Source: Octopus sinensis
Taxonomy: Eukaryota
Direction: 5' to 3'
NCBI RefSeq assembly: GCF_006345805.1
Contig: NW_021836171.1
Location: forward strand, 1-64,000
Length of the DNA stretch: 64,000 nt
Positions 27,135-40,641 of the stretch are shown here, piece after piece. Both the position numbers and the translations under genes were made by a program. The notes beneath the pieces were generated by a model. It was not told the origin of the DNA. It searched no databases and worked only from the letters and a program-made list of their open reading frames with translations. Position 1 is the stretch's first letter, and the number at the start of each line of letters is the position of its first letter.

Positions 27135-27719
27135 CTGATTACAAATATCTTGGGTCATATATACCATCATCTGGAAAAGATTTTCTAACCAGAAAGGGTA
27201 TGGCATGGTCAGCCTGTAATGACATGCATAAGGTCTGGTCATCAAATCTAAGTAGAGACTTCAAACTTGAAATCTTCAAAGCCACAGTCGAACCAATTCT
27301 ACTATATGGCTCAGAAACGTGGACGTTATCAATTAAGCTTGAGAGGCGGTTGGATGGAACCTACACTCGCCTCCTTATGAGAGCTCAAAATCTCTCGTGG
27401 AAGCGTCATCCAACAAAAATGCAAATATATGGGAAACTCCCACCTGTGTCATCTCTTGTGAAAAGTAGGAGAGTCCAGTTTGCTGGACATTGTTGTAGAG
27501 CTGAAAACGAGGCAATTTCTACTCTTCTCCTCTGGAAGCCATCTACTCGCAATACCAGAGGGCGCACACTCTCCTACTCTGATGTAATCTCCAGGGATAC
27601 AGGCATCCAGCAACTGGACCTACGTAATGCTATGATGGACCGTGAAGTCTGGCGTAGCATGGTAAATTCCATTGTCTCGACCACAGTCGAACAATGATGA
27701 TGATGATGATGATGATGAT
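27135..27719 (+). mobile_element. 5'-truncated RTE-clade LINE: C-terminal part of the RT ORF with (TGA)n tail
   Basis: Open frame YKYLGS..LLYGSETWTL..ERRLDGTYTRLLMRA..RRVQFAGHC..DREVWR, stop 27695-27697 runs into (tga)n. Confidence 0.92.
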
Positions 27720-28232
27720 TGAGACAGTAAATGGACAGAGATAATATGGCGCGATTAACTAGTCTAAGATGAGAAAAGTATTTAGCAGACTTGCAAAAGT
27801 TAAATGCACTAAGTTTGATGATAATCTGCAATTCATTCTTTGGAGTATACCAGACCAGTTTGACACCGTCGCTATTAACTTGTATTTTTTACCGAAAGCA
27901 ACAAAAAGACTACCTTATTTGCTAGTAAGTGAACCTGCTGCTGCAAAACAAATTGAACTTTTTTTTCTGTAGTTTCAGCTCAGAGCTCCGGCCATGCTGA
28001 TGCACCGCCGTTTTGCAAGAATGATATTGCTGAAAGCCTCCTCCAGTATGTGGCCTTGGTAAAGAATGGAATTTGATATAGCTACCGTCATTTGCACGTC
28101 TTGCCGTGAGTAGGTTCATCTGGTACTCTCGACCGAAAGAGGTCCAGCTCTGATTTAAAAAACGCCTACATCTGTTTTGTGCAGGCGTTAGCAACTTGTG
28201 CTGAATTAAAGGGTATTAATATTACTTAATAA

Positions 28233-28435
28233 AAGGGTGGCGAGCTGCCAGAATCGTTACTGCACCGGGTGAAATGCTTAGCGGCATTTCCTCCGTCATT
28301 ACGTTCTGAGTTCAAATTCTGAAGAGGTCTTTCATCCTTTCGATAAAATAAGTACCAGTTGAATACTGGGACCGATATAATAGACTTATTCACTCACCGG
28401 AAATTGCAAGCCTAGTGACAAAATTTGAAATCAAA
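28233..28435 (+). mobile_element. SINE family A
   Basis: ggtggcgagctgccagaatcgtt..ttacgttctgagttcaaattc. Confidence 0.8.
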
Positions 28436-28541
28436 ATAAAACCAAAAACACTGCCGAGTATCCTACGTGTACGTCGTGGCCTTGAGTTAGCAGTAGCGAA
28501 CTTTTCCAGTTATCTATCTCTCTGTCTCATATATATATAGA

Positions 28542-28573
<32 letters not shown>

Positions 28574-28669
28574 AAGTTAATCCAAACAAGAAAACAAAAA
28601 GACAACAACGCGAGGATGTGGAACAAATAAAGTATTATTGGACGCTCAGGAAAGAAGGGAAGAAGGAGA

Positions 28670-28850
28670 AGGAAATAAACACAGAGAGGACAGACAAACG
28701 GATCGAGTCGATTATATCGACTCTAGTGCGTAACTGGTACTTAATTTATCGACCCCGAAAGGATGAAAGGCAAAGTCGACCTCGGCGGAATTTGAACTCA
28801 GAACGTAACGGCAGATGAAATACCGTTAATCATTTCTGCCAACTCACAGC
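28670..28850 (-). mobile_element. SINE family A
   Basis: ggaaaggatgaaaggcaaagtcgacctcggcggaatttgaactcagaacg core on the reverse strand. Confidence 0.85.
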
Positions 28851-29469
28851 CTTAACATGTGTTATAATAACAGTGATGAGAAATGTGTGAGTGATGAAAA
28901 CGCATCTGATTGCGGGGGGGGGGGGAGGAATGGCTGAACATATCTGTGAGTGATTGTATGCCAAGACGTTGAGTAACATCATCAATGTTTAAGATGTAGA
29001 ACAGATATCCAATTGTGCGTCTTACCCGTACTTAAAAATCGATAACTAAGGTATTTCCGGGTGAAAACAGTAAACCTGGAAGAATGACAAAGAAGTTGAA
29101 GCCGTATGTTATTAATAAAAATAAAAAAAATTCCAGATGTATAGAAAAAATATGTATCTATATCAAGATTAAGAAAGAAATAATTGTAGACACACACACG
29201 TAAACGCGCGCTTCTCCTAAACACATACAAGAAAGAGAGAGAGAAGGAGTGAGGGAGAGAAAGACAGGCAGACGGACGAATGGATGGGGGAATAGATAGG
29301 CAGCGAGACAGAGCGATAAATAGGTAAGAATAAGATAAATAGGTGTGTTGTAAGTATGTATTAATTAAGTAGGTAAGCATGTATTAGGTAAGTATGTAGG
29401 TAGGCTGGTAGGTAAGTAGGCACGAAGGTGAGTAGAGAGGTAGGTAAGTAAGTAGATTGGTAAATATAA

Positions 29470-29895
29470 CTTTAATAATTTTGCTGGATAATGGCAGAAA
29501 TGACAGCGTGCAGGGCAAAATACTTAACGGCATTTCGTACATCTTTGCCTTCTAAATTCAAATTCGACTGAGGCCGAATTATGCTACAGGGGTCCACAAA
29601 ATAAGGACCAGCCGAAGACTTGGTTCGGTGTAATTTACTAATGCCCTGCCGCGAAAATTTTGTCCTTCTGACAAAATTTAAAACCGGCAAGGTGGCCTAT
29701 TAAGGCGGTGAAGAGGCAGAATCGTTACTGCGCCGGATAAAATGCTTAGCGGCATTTCGTCCGTCATTACGTTCTGAAATCAATTTACTTAGATGTTGAT
29801 TTTACCTCTCATCTCTTTCAGGGTCGATAAATTAGGGATCAGTTGAACACTGGGATCGAAATACCACTCATCGTGCGAAAATTGAAGCTAATAAC
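29470..29895 (+). mobile_element. Two adjacent diverged SINE family A copies
   Basis: Degenerate heads at ~29480 and ~29705. Confidence 0.65.
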
Positions 29896-29914
29896 TCAGA
29901 ATATGCAGTAAAGC

Positions 29915-30428
29915 CAAAATAATGATGATGATAATAATAATGAAAATAATAATAATAATAATAATAATAATAATTAATAATGAAAATAAAAAAATAATAA
30001 TGAAAATAATAATAATAATAATAATGATAATAATAAAGAAAATAATAATAATAATGAAAATAATAATAATAATGAAAATAATAATAATAATGAAAATAAT
30101 AATAATAATGAAAATAATAATAATAAAAATAATAATAATAATAATAACAATAATAATGATAAAAATAATAATGAAAATAATAATAATAATAATGAAAATA
30201 ATAATATTGAAAATAATAATAATGAAAATAATAATAATAATGATAATAATAATAATGAAAATAATAATAATGATAATAATAATAATGAAAATAATAATAA
30301 TGAAAATAATAAAGAAAAAATAATGAAAATAATGAAAATAATAATAAAGAAAATAATAGTAATAATAATAATGAAACAAATAACAATAATAATGAAAATA
30401 ATAATAAAAATAGTAAAAATAATAATAA

Positions 30429-30459
<31 letters not shown>

Positions 30460-30550
30460 TGAATAATAATAATAATAATAACAATGATAATAATAATCAT
30501 AATAATAGTAATAACAATAACAACAATAATAATAATAATAATAATAATAA
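29915..30550. repeat. ~630-bp (AAT)n microsatellite with gaa interruptions
   Basis: Direct reading. Confidence 0.95.
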
Positions 30551-30947
30551 TCTAATTTCTAACATGAAAACACCTATATGCTAGCTACTGTATTTTCTTT
30601 GTGAATGTGACTGCGAGTGGAGTATGTACTTTAAAACAATAGCAAAGGAAAAGCCACGCAAAGAATTATACAACACGAAACAATAGAACGAGGGAAACAG
30701 ACTGCTGATGGATATATATGTATGATTGGACAATGTGATAAAAGTATGTGTAAAATTTCACACTCACACAACGCATACACAGACACACAAACACGTGTGT
30801 TATGGGCTTCATCATTAAAAATTAATTTGTGCAACGATCACATTATACGAAACGAGGTTACTATGAGCACATTTACGTAGGTTGGCTTTAGTAATACATC
30901 GATACATAAATACAGAAGTATACAGAAACAAACACGCATTCGCACAA

Positions 30948-31010
<63 letters not shown>

Positions 31011-31091
31011 TATCTATATAAGTCCATTTTTAAAGGTGTAACGTTTATACTAGTCTTGATAGAATTGTCATATCGGTTCTATTTTAGCAAA

Positions 31092-31129
31092 ATCTCCGAC
31101 GAACGGGAACGTGAAACTCCGAGTAACAG
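31092..31129 (+). ncRNA. Hammerhead-like motif, CCGACGA variant; single arm of the 60207 hairpin family
   Basis: CCGACGA ACG GGAA CGT GAAAC TCCGA GTA ACAG; arm continues to ~31152. Confidence 0.45.
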
Positions 31130-31182
31130 GTTTTGTTGAATTTCTGCTGCTTTTAAAAAATGTATATGCATATGTGTGTATT

Positions 31183-31217
<35 letters not shown>

Positions 31218-31244
31218 GTATATATATATACATGCATGAACTTT

Positions 31245-31575
31245 TACAGGAGCACTCCGTCGGTTACGAAGGCAAGGGTTGCAGCTGACACGATCAACGG
31301 AGCAGCCTGCTCGTGAAATTAACGTGTAAGTGTCTGAGCACTCCACAGACGCGTGTACCCTTAACGTAGTTCTCAGGGACATTCAGCGTGACACAGAGTG
31401 TGACAAGGCTGACCCCCTTTGAAATACAGGTACTACTAATTTTTGCCAGCCGAGTGAACTGAAGCAACATGAAATAAAGTGTCTTGCTCAAGGACACAAC
31501 GCGTCACCGGGAATTGAACTCATGACCTTGCGATCGTCAGCCGAATGCCCCTAACCGCTAAGCCATGCACATTTA
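31245..31575 (-). mobile_element. tRNA SINE family D head + tail ii
   Basis: Tail matches the 19038 copy; head cttgctcaaggacacaacgcg..ctaaccgctaagcca matches the 11298 type. Confidence 0.85.
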
Positions 31576-31644
31576 CACATGCTTGCAAGCACAAACACAT
31601 ACATATAATATCACTATGTATGTACGTAAGGATACATATCTATA

Positions 31645-31990
31645 CTCTGTTACTTGTTTCAGTAGTTTCACTGCGGCCATGCTGGAGCACTGCCTTTAGT
31701 ACAGCACATCGACCCCAGGAATTATTCTATCGGTCTCTTTTGCTGAACCACAAAGTTACGGGGACATAAAAACTCTAGCAACGGTTGTCAATCGATGATG
31801 GGGTGACACAGATACAGAAACAGACGCACATAGATATATACATATACATATATACGACAGGCTTCTTTCAGTTTCTGTCTACCAAATCCACTCGCAAGGC
31901 TAGAGTAGAAGACACTTGCCCAAGGTGCCACGCAATGGGACTGAACCCGGAACCATGTGGTTGGTGAGCAAGCTACTGGACACAGCCACT
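31645..31990 (-). mobile_element. SINE family B
   Basis: Family B consensus with internal deletions. Confidence 0.8.
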
Positions 31991-32348
31991 CTTTCCTATG
32001 TAGGTATATATATATGGATATATGTATGTTTGTACCAATGTGCAGAACAATTGTTTTCTGTGCGAAATACTACATAGAAGTACATCTACTCTCTCTGTAT
32101 ATATATATCTATGTACGGTTGTATGAATATATGTGATTTTATCGGTAACCATATATGTGCGATCGTACGTAAATCTTAACGAAAGTGTCAAACTATGTAG
32201 GTATGATTCATTTGCCACTTGAATGTGTAAATAACTGTATATTTATAGCGGATCGTATTCTGATAGAAATGTGTATATTTATTGAGTCATGATTGCATAT
32301 AAGCATGCGTAACTGTTGGACACATGATCTATGAACATATCTACACAG

Positions 32349-32349
<1 letters not shown>

Positions 32350-32391
<42 letters not shown>

Positions 32392-32444
32392 TGTGTGTGT
32401 GTGTGTATTTATGTATATATATATATGTGTGTGTGTGTGTATGC

Positions 32445-32484
<40 letters not shown>

Positions 32485-32556
32485 ATGCATATATATATAT
32501 ATACGTGTGTGTGTGTGTGTATGCATATATATATATTAGTGTGTGTGTGTGTATGC

Positions 32557-32630
<74 letters not shown>

Positions 32631-32990
32631 TATATATGTATGTATGAATATATATACACCGAACTCACATGTATGTATATATGAATATATCATATCTACG
32701 TATGTGTATGAATAGTGAAACTCTAAATTTGTATTTGCATATACACTCATACACATAGTTCTATATGTGCAAGAATATATACATGCATTACGTGGCACCG
32801 TTGTGTGTATATATATATATATATTAATATATATATATTAATAGATATATATATATATATATATTAATATATTAATATATATATATATATTAATATATAT
32901 AATATATATATATATATTAATATATATATATATATATATATATCAAAATATATATATATATGCGTGTTTGTGTGTGTGTGTATATGCGTA
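32350..32990. repeat. (TG)n/(TA)n compound microsatellite region
   Basis: Direct reading. Confidence 0.9.
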
Positions 32991-33705
32991 TAAAAAAATA
33001 TGCACTTCAGCACTTATATGTGCTTATGTATGTTTGTGTTGTTTGAAGACGAGACGCCAAGTCTAACTATTTAACATTCTTCAGAGAATTTTGAAAATAA
33101 ACAGAGTTTTATTTCATGTCTTCGGAATTAGCTCTGAGCTATGAAACAGTTGTTGTTGTTGTTGTTTTTGGTGTTGCTGTTGTTTATTTTGTATTTATAT
33201 ATTTTTTATATTCCTCTAAAATTCATTTTATCTGATCTCAATACACTGGCTTTCAAAAAGCAAAACAATAAAACGTAAAAGAAAAATAGATATTCACACA
33301 TCACACACGTTGAAATAAACACTGATATCGTTTGACACACCAAGGTACGAGGCACCAGTAAGTGTGGCAGTAGAGCCAGCGTGTATGATAGCCGTGTTCC
33401 AGTAATCATTTTAACTTTTATCTGTAGCCGTTGTGCTAAGATCAAGAAAAATAAAAAAAAAACAGTCTCTTCCAGATAGACATGATACCATCATTGTATC
33501 ATTTTTCTTTAACATGTTTATTTTTTAGACTGCGGCCATGTCAGGTCACTCCATTCAATACTGTTTCTTTTAAATGGCTTTATCCAGTCTGGTATTTTGC
33601 TTTGGAATTATTCTACCATTTAATGAGAGATAGACACAACGGTATAACTCAGGGATATAATACCGAGTATTTCTGTTCGAATGTATTGGGCTTCAATATA
33701 TATAT

Positions 33706-34018
33706 ATATCACCGAAATCACCGTGACCAACCAGGCCATCAGATGTTGTTACACATCGCTGGTCACAATGCGCTTCGCATTGTTTTAGCCGTCAAATGAC
33801 GCCACCCCCGCTGGCTAAGCGAGCAGGATAACAGAAGAAACAGTGAGAGAAAGAGTGGTGAAAGAGTACAGCAGGGATCGCCACCAACCCCTGCCGGAGC
33901 CTCGTGGAGCTTTAGGTGTTTTCGCTCAATAAACACTCACAACGCCCGGTCTGGGAATCGAAACCACGATCCTACGACCGCGAGTCCGCTGCCCTAACCA
34001 CTAGGCCATTGCGCTTCA
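33706..34018 (-). mobile_element. SINE family C head + tail iii
   Basis: Tail atcaccgtgacc..catcagatgttg..cacaatgcgcttcgcattg. Confidence 0.9.
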
Positions 34019-34060
34019 CACACACACACACACACACACCACACACATATATATATATAT

Positions 34061-34320
34061 AAATGGTACAAGAACGCAAAACATTCAAATAGACGACCCC
34101 CCCAAAAAAAATCGGACGGGTCATTCGAAGCCTCTAATCTTCAGTCAAGAACCGGATCGTCCTCGCAATTTCGGCTGATTAATCTTGAGATCGCTCCGAT
34201 CCGGCCAGCCGCAAAGAAAAACTAAGCTACGAGCATTAGTTTTCTTGGAAAAAGGATCGGATGTATACGAAACAAGGACAGAAAAACGGACGATGCCATA
34301 CGAATATAAATACAAAAAGC
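34061..34320. mobile_element. Unclassified interspersed repeat (family H); inverted partial copy at ~57962-58135
   Basis: cttcagtcaagaaccggatc.tcctcgcaatttcggctgattaatcttgagat shared in opposite orientation. Confidence 0.75.
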
Positions 34321-34468
34321 AATAATAATAATAATAACAGAACAAAAGCAACAGGTGTCTTTCGACTTTAGACGGTTCAACTCAGATTAGCTGGCGTATT
34401 TGTAAAATAATGCCTTACCGCAGACGAAGAAATCGATGTTGTCGTGGCGGTGCTCAGAAGCCGACAAG

Positions 34469-34503
34469 CATTATGACCCGGCGTTGACGGGTCATAGTGC
34501 TAG
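34469..34503 (+). mobile_element. Helitron-type 3' terminus; 5' end not located
   Basis: cattatgacccg-gcgttga-cgggtcatagtg hairpin directly followed by CTAG|T. Confidence 0.5.
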
Positions 34504-35418
34504 TTTGGTATAAATTTGTTAAATTAAAATTTGGGGTAATAAAACATACAAGGACATATTAAAAAGACGAATTAAAATCCCAGAGAAAAATACATAGAAG
34601 ATAAATATACAAATTTACAAAAAATACATAAACGTTTATCTATTTCGGAGTTGCGCCAATTAATATGAAACATATCATATATTTAATATTGACACTCCCC
34701 TCGTCAGTATGTTTTTTTACACACAACACATTGTACACGGAAACAAATGCACAATTACATACCTGCTACATGCGAAAGACCAGACATTATGTCCTCCCAA
34801 AAATTCTCATACATACAGAATGCTATTTTATAAGCATATAATTCAATCTAGCAGCTATAGTAAATGGTATGCGCACAGCACCATGTGGACTAATTCACTT
34901 CTGCACTCAAATTTTTCATCTTTTAATTTCTCCCATTCATGCAAATCTACATATTCGAGTTCAAGTCCTTGATACATTTTATACTAATTGCTATTTTTTC
35001 TTTGAATTGTTATCTTACGATTAATTACCATACTTTAGTTTTACTATATTTACTATATTTAATTCAATTGTTATTATTACCTCTAACTTTTATTGCAATT
35101 TCTATTTCTAAATTTCTTATGGAACGTCGAGCGGATCTTATGCGTACAATACATTTTTATATGATGTTTATATATTTATATATTACTATATTTCTAAACG
35201 TCGGGCTTAGTCTGTCTGTTCTGTAGATATAAATGAATATATGAATATATGTATGTGTTGATCTTCTCTGTGGATTTGGTAGTGATCTCGTAGTTGCTGC
35301 TCAATGCCGCCCCTCGGATTAAAAAGTGTATACAGCTCATTTGAGCACTACTATTCAGGTCTGTTATATATTTTGAGCGTTGTTGTCAATAACGCTCAAG
35401 ATATAACTTTATATTTTG

Positions 35419-35467
<49 letters not shown>

Positions 35468-35499
35468 ATATATATTATATATATATGTACATATATAGC

Positions 35500-35746
35500 C
35501 ATTTACACATACAATAGAGAGATGTTTTTGTTTCACTTTTAACACGTAATACTGAAATAGTGGAGAAGATATGATATTGCTGTGGGCTGGCCTAGACAAA
35601 AAGTTGAAGATGCTTTTGCCGATGACACTCACCGAAACCTAAGTAAGGTTTGTGTAAAATTTGAATAAAATTGGTTGTGTAGTTCTCAAGTTTTAGGGAA
35701 ACACACACACAGACAGACACACATCTCAGTTTTATTATATATAGGA
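35500..35746 (-). mobile_element. Non-autonomous Helitron, 5' portion
   Basis: Minus strand A|TCctatatataataaaactgagatgtgtgtctgtctgtg, a typical Helitron 5' end; 3' end not found. Confidence 0.5.
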
Positions 35747-35749
35747 TAG

Positions 35750-36240
35750 AAGATATGTGTATATATATATTAATATAGATTATATATATATAGATATATG
35801 TATTTTATATATAGAATATATATATATATATATATAGATATATGTTTGTATATATATATATATAAGATATATGTATGTATATAATATATATTAGAAGATA
35901 TAGGTATGTATGTATATATATATAGAAGATATATGTATGTATATATATATATAGAAAATATATGTATGTATATATATATAGAAGATATCTTATGTATGTA
36001 TATATAGAAGATTATATGCATGTATATATAGAATATATTATTATATATAATTATATATAGCAGATAAATGGGTATATATATATATGTAGAGAAGATATAT
36101 AGATATACATATACATATATATATAAGATATACACACACACACACATATAAGATATATATATATATAAGATATATTACACACACATATATAGATATATAT
36201 ATATATAAGATATATACATATAGATATATATATATAAATA

Positions 36241-36274
<34 letters not shown>

Positions 36275-36323
36275 GATATATACATATTATATATTATATA
36301 TATAGAAGATATATACATATATA

Positions 36324-36355
<32 letters not shown>

Positions 36356-36463
36356 AGATATATATATGTGTGTGTGTGAGTATGGTTTGTTCCTCCAGCG
36401 GTATAAAAAACACTTTCGCAACCGAATGTGTGTGTATGTGTGGGTGTTGTATATACAATATAT

Positions 36464-36516
<53 letters not shown>

Positions 36517-37382
36517 ATGCATGTTCTTTTTGAAGTAAATCAAACGTACAGATGCATACAAAGTGACAAACACATAACCTCCGAGCGAAATCTCTATATA
36601 AAACACACAAATGCTAATGTGGCTTTTAAAACATTCTCGTTTTTTTCAAATGTCGACTTCTCAAAATAAAAAAAGGATTAATTTAGTTCTATACAACCAC
36701 GCACGCATATACACGCATGTGAATGCATGAATGCAAATATAATTATATATATAATATATATATCTATATCTTCTTATCTATATATATATGTATATAGATA
36801 ATATATATAGGATTATATATATTTATATATTATATCTATATAGTGATGATTGTGTATGTGATGCATGTGTTGTATGGTGTGTCGCGTATAATATATACCA
36901 CTACATATCCATATATATACACATACATATAGATACGCACATACATATGATATACTTTATAAACTATAATATACATTATTATATATATATGAATACACAT
37001 ATATATCTATTATCATATAATATTGCATACTATATATATAGCTACCATATATATAATCCATAATATCTTATATATAATATATCACTTATATATGTCTATA
37101 CAATACGTTGTATATATATAGATATATGATATAGGCCTATATATGTACATATCTATCCATTATATATGTATATATATGCACAGTAATATATTCTGCCATA
37201 TATTGTATGCAATCTAATATATATATATGATCTATTATATAGTGCATATATACTATAGTATATATTTTATATGCATATATATATATATATGATATAGATA
37301 TATGTATACATGTACAATAACATCCGGATTACAATCATTGGCCGCTGCTTGTTATATGCAGACATATATTAGTACACATAGT

Positions 37383-37418
<36 letters not shown>

Positions 37419-37450
37419 TTACATATATACATATCTTAATATGCATATAT
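35750..37450. repeat. Imperfect TA-rich low-complexity region
   Basis: Direct reading; noisy, possibly consensus error. Confidence 0.85.
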
Positions 37451-37979
37451 ACACATATATAGAAACGCACACATGCACTTAATTATACACGCATGAAATT
37501 ACCATTTATGAACAACAGCAATATACATTAACATTATCTGAAACTGTCACAGGAAGGGTGCAAACAACAAAAACACGCGACACAGTTGGCATAGATTTTA
37601 TACGAAGGTATTTCTTACGGGTGGACACTTTAAAATGTCCACCCTTGTTTTTTAAATCGACTCTGTGGTAAACTACAATGAGATAGATGTGAAATATGGT
37701 GAAATCAGAATATCATGATGGGGACGGCTGAAAGGGTACAGGAGATGACAAATGATGATGTTGATGGTATGATTGTGTATTGATGGTGATGGTTGATGGT
37801 GAAGGTGGGTGGGGACAACGAATGTGGAGGTGTAAATTTGAAAACGGTTACGATGGTGATGTTGTGACTTCTGCCGATGTGTGGGATGGGGTGGTAGTGG
37901 GGATTCATTTGAAATTTGGTTGTGAATTGGGTTTATAAAAGTTATCTTGATCATGGTGATGATCGTGATGTTTATAGTA

Positions 37980-39384
37980 TCGATGTTAAGTAAGGTGATG
38001 GTGGGGCGGCTACTGCTGCTGCTATGGTGATGGTGGTGGTGAGTGGTGAGTGGTGGTGGTGGTGGTGGTAGTGTTGGTGGTGGTGGTGGTTGGTGGTGGT
38101 GGTAGTGTGGGGTGCTAGGAGTGGTGCTAGAGATGGTTGGCTGTGATGCTGCTGATGCTCCTGCTGTGTGGGGATGGTGGTGGTAGTGGGTGTGTGGTGG
38201 TGTTAGTGGTGAGGTGGTGCGTGGTAAGTGTGAGTGTGGTGATGTGGTGGTGGTGCTAGGGATGGTGGTGTGGTGAGGTGCTGCTGCTGGCTGTGCTGTT
38301 GGGATGGTGGGTAGTGGTGATGCTAGTGGGGTGGTGGTGGTGGTGTGGTGGTGGTAGTGGTGGTGGTGATGGTGGTGATAGGGTGGTGGTGTGTGGTGCG
38401 GCTGTGCTGCTGCTCATGGTTGGTGTGATGGTGGTGGTAGTGGTTGTGATGGTGGTAGTGGTGTGGTGGTGGTGGGTGGTGAGTGGTGGTGCCGTGGTGA
38501 TGGTGGGGGTGTGCTAGGGATGGTGGTTGTGTGGTGAGGCTGCTGCCGCTCTGATGATGTTGGTGATGCTGGTGGTAGTGGTTGTGATGGTGGTAGTGGT
38601 GGTGGTGGTGGTGGTAGTGGTGGTGGTGGTGAGGTGGTGGTGGTGGTGGTGGTAGTGGGTGGTGGTGGTGCTAGGGATGGTGGTGGTGTGGTGCGGCTGC
38701 TGCTGCTGCTCCTGCTGCTGTTGGTGATGCTGGTGGTAGTGGTTGTGATGGTGGTAGTGGTGGTGGTGGTGGTGGTAGGGGTGGTGTGTGTTGATGGTGG
38801 TGGGTGTGGTGGTGTAGTGGTTGTGGTGGTGGTGGTGGTGATGGTGGGGTGGTGGTGATGGTGGTGGAGGTAGTGGTTGTGGTGGTGGTGGTGTGGTGTG
38901 GTGGTGGTGATGGTGGTGGTGGTGCTAGGGATGGTGGTGGTGGTGTGGTGATGCTGCTGCGCTCCGCTGCTTGTGGGTGTGTGCTGGTGGTAGTGGTTGT
39001 GATGGTGAGTGGTGGTGGTGGTGGTGGTAGTGGTTGTGGTGGTGGTGGTGGCTGTGGTGCGGCTACTGCTGCCATTGCTGCTGATGGTGGCGTTTGTGGC
39101 GTTGATGATGATGATGATGAAGATAATGACAATGCTCAGGACGATGACGATGATGATAATTATGATGATGAAGATGGTGATGAAGATGGCAATGTTGATA
39201 ATGATGAGGAGGAAGAATGCATTGTAGTTATGTGGTAATGATTGCAACATTTTTTTGTGATGATACTGATACTGATGATTCGTTGGTGGTTGTGGTATTA
39301 ACTAGGACGTGTTTCTGAGGAGTAGGCAGTGGTAAGATGGTTGTAGTAGTAGTAGTAGTAGTAGTGATAGTAGTAGTTGTTAGT

Positions 39385-39419
<35 letters not shown>

Positions 39420-39480
39420 GTGGTGGTGGTGGTGGTGGTGATGAGATGAAAAGCAGGCTGTGAATTGATGCTGTGGTGGT
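37980..39480. repeat. (GGT)n/(GAT)n/(TAG)n trinucleotide mosaic
   Basis: Direct reading; source of the T/H/P- and V/G-rich ORFs. Confidence 0.9.
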
Positions 39481-39595
39481 TGCTGATGGTGAAGTGTGGG
39501 TGATAGTGTTTCGTTCGTCGCGATGTTCTGATTTGTCGTCGGTGGTGGTTTGTCTTTATGGTGCTCTTGCTTGCCAGTAAGAGGAATGTTGCCAA

Positions 39596-40100
39596 GGGGT
39601 TGTTTTCTTCTTCTTGTTCCAATCAGGACTCACGTCATTAGCCACAAAGAATAATCTCTAATTCGAGCCTACTCTAAGCCACTAAGAGTGCGTGCGGCAA
39701 CTTGAAGATCCACCCACCACACGCGATAGACAGGCGGTTGCACGGGCGCGAAACCTACGTTGTTATCCTCATTCCGTGTACGGTGGCTTTTAACGAGTGG
39801 AGAGCTGAACCATCCTGTGGTACAGAGGATTCGCAATCTAGACTAGGGTCTGAAAGTTTACCAGACCATAGTGGGTTACACCATGGTTCCTCTGCTTTGT
39901 GGCAGAAGTATAAAGAAAGAGTGAGAGAAAGTTGTGTTGAAAGAGTACAGCGTGGTTCACCACTACCCCAGCTGGAGTCTCGTGGAGCTTAGGTGTTTTT
40001 GCTCAATAAACACACACAGTGGCCGGTCTGGGAATTGAAACTGCATTCTTACGACCGCGAGTTCGCTGCCCTAAACACTGGGCCATTGCGCCTCCATTAT
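39596..40100 (-). mobile_element. SINE family C head + a fourth tail (iv), flanked by 38-bp direct repeats
   Basis: atggt.ct.ttgcttgcc.gtaagaggaatgttgccaa at 39558-39595 and 40101-40138 (35/38 identical); minus strand ends aacaagaagaagaa. Confidence 0.8.
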
Positions 40101-40177
40101 ATGGTACTGTTGCTTGCCGGTAAGAGGAATGTTGCCAAAGCCTAATGCCTGAACCATACAAAAGATAAAAAGTAAAG

Positions 40178-40540
40178 AACAAGAGCACTCAAAGGGCGAA
40201 AAACTGCCAAAGCAACACCAACATCCTCTCAAAGATTAGCCAGAGATGCGTTTTAGAATGAGAATGCCTAAACTCGACTGCTCTCACAAACGAGAATGCT
40301 AAAATTGATATACGACTGCTCTCAAAAATTAAGTAAAAAAAAAAAAAAAGCAAAAAATAATCCACAATGCTTGCCCGGTATCCGATCGATTCCAGAATCT
40401 AATCAGTTCCTGCCAGTCACGAGGCCAAACATCCCTAAAAGTGTCATCCGAATCTATTCAGCAGTTCTTGAGATATTTTGTCCACAGACAAACAATCACG
40501 ACCGAAGAAATACCTCCGTCTTCGCTAAAGCAGATGTAAT
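40178..40540 (+). mobile_element. Non-autonomous DNA element, Helentron/HINE-like
   Basis: aacaagagcactc start; ..aatctaatcagttc..gagatattttg..acagacaaac..; degenerate 3' hairpin cctccgtcttcgctaaagcagatg. Confidence 0.4.
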
Positions 40541-40641
40541 ACAATGGCAAAAAAAAGAACGAAAATGTAAATAAAAGCTGACCTCTACAAAAAAGTAGCT
40601 AATTCCACCGGGGTCGACATAGTCTTTTATATTTTCTAGGT

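Noticed and set aside
29868-30500. Poly-Ile/Tyr ORFs
   Set aside because: (AAT)n microsatellite
34113-34150. Hammerhead in family H (CTGAAGA..GAAT; also 58045-58075)
   Set aside because: GAAAC is absent in both copies and stem II is inconsistent; could at most be a decayed relic
38414-39250. Long T/H/P- and V/G-rich ORFs up to 278 aa
   Set aside because: Translations of (GGT)n-type repeats, open on both strands and in several frames
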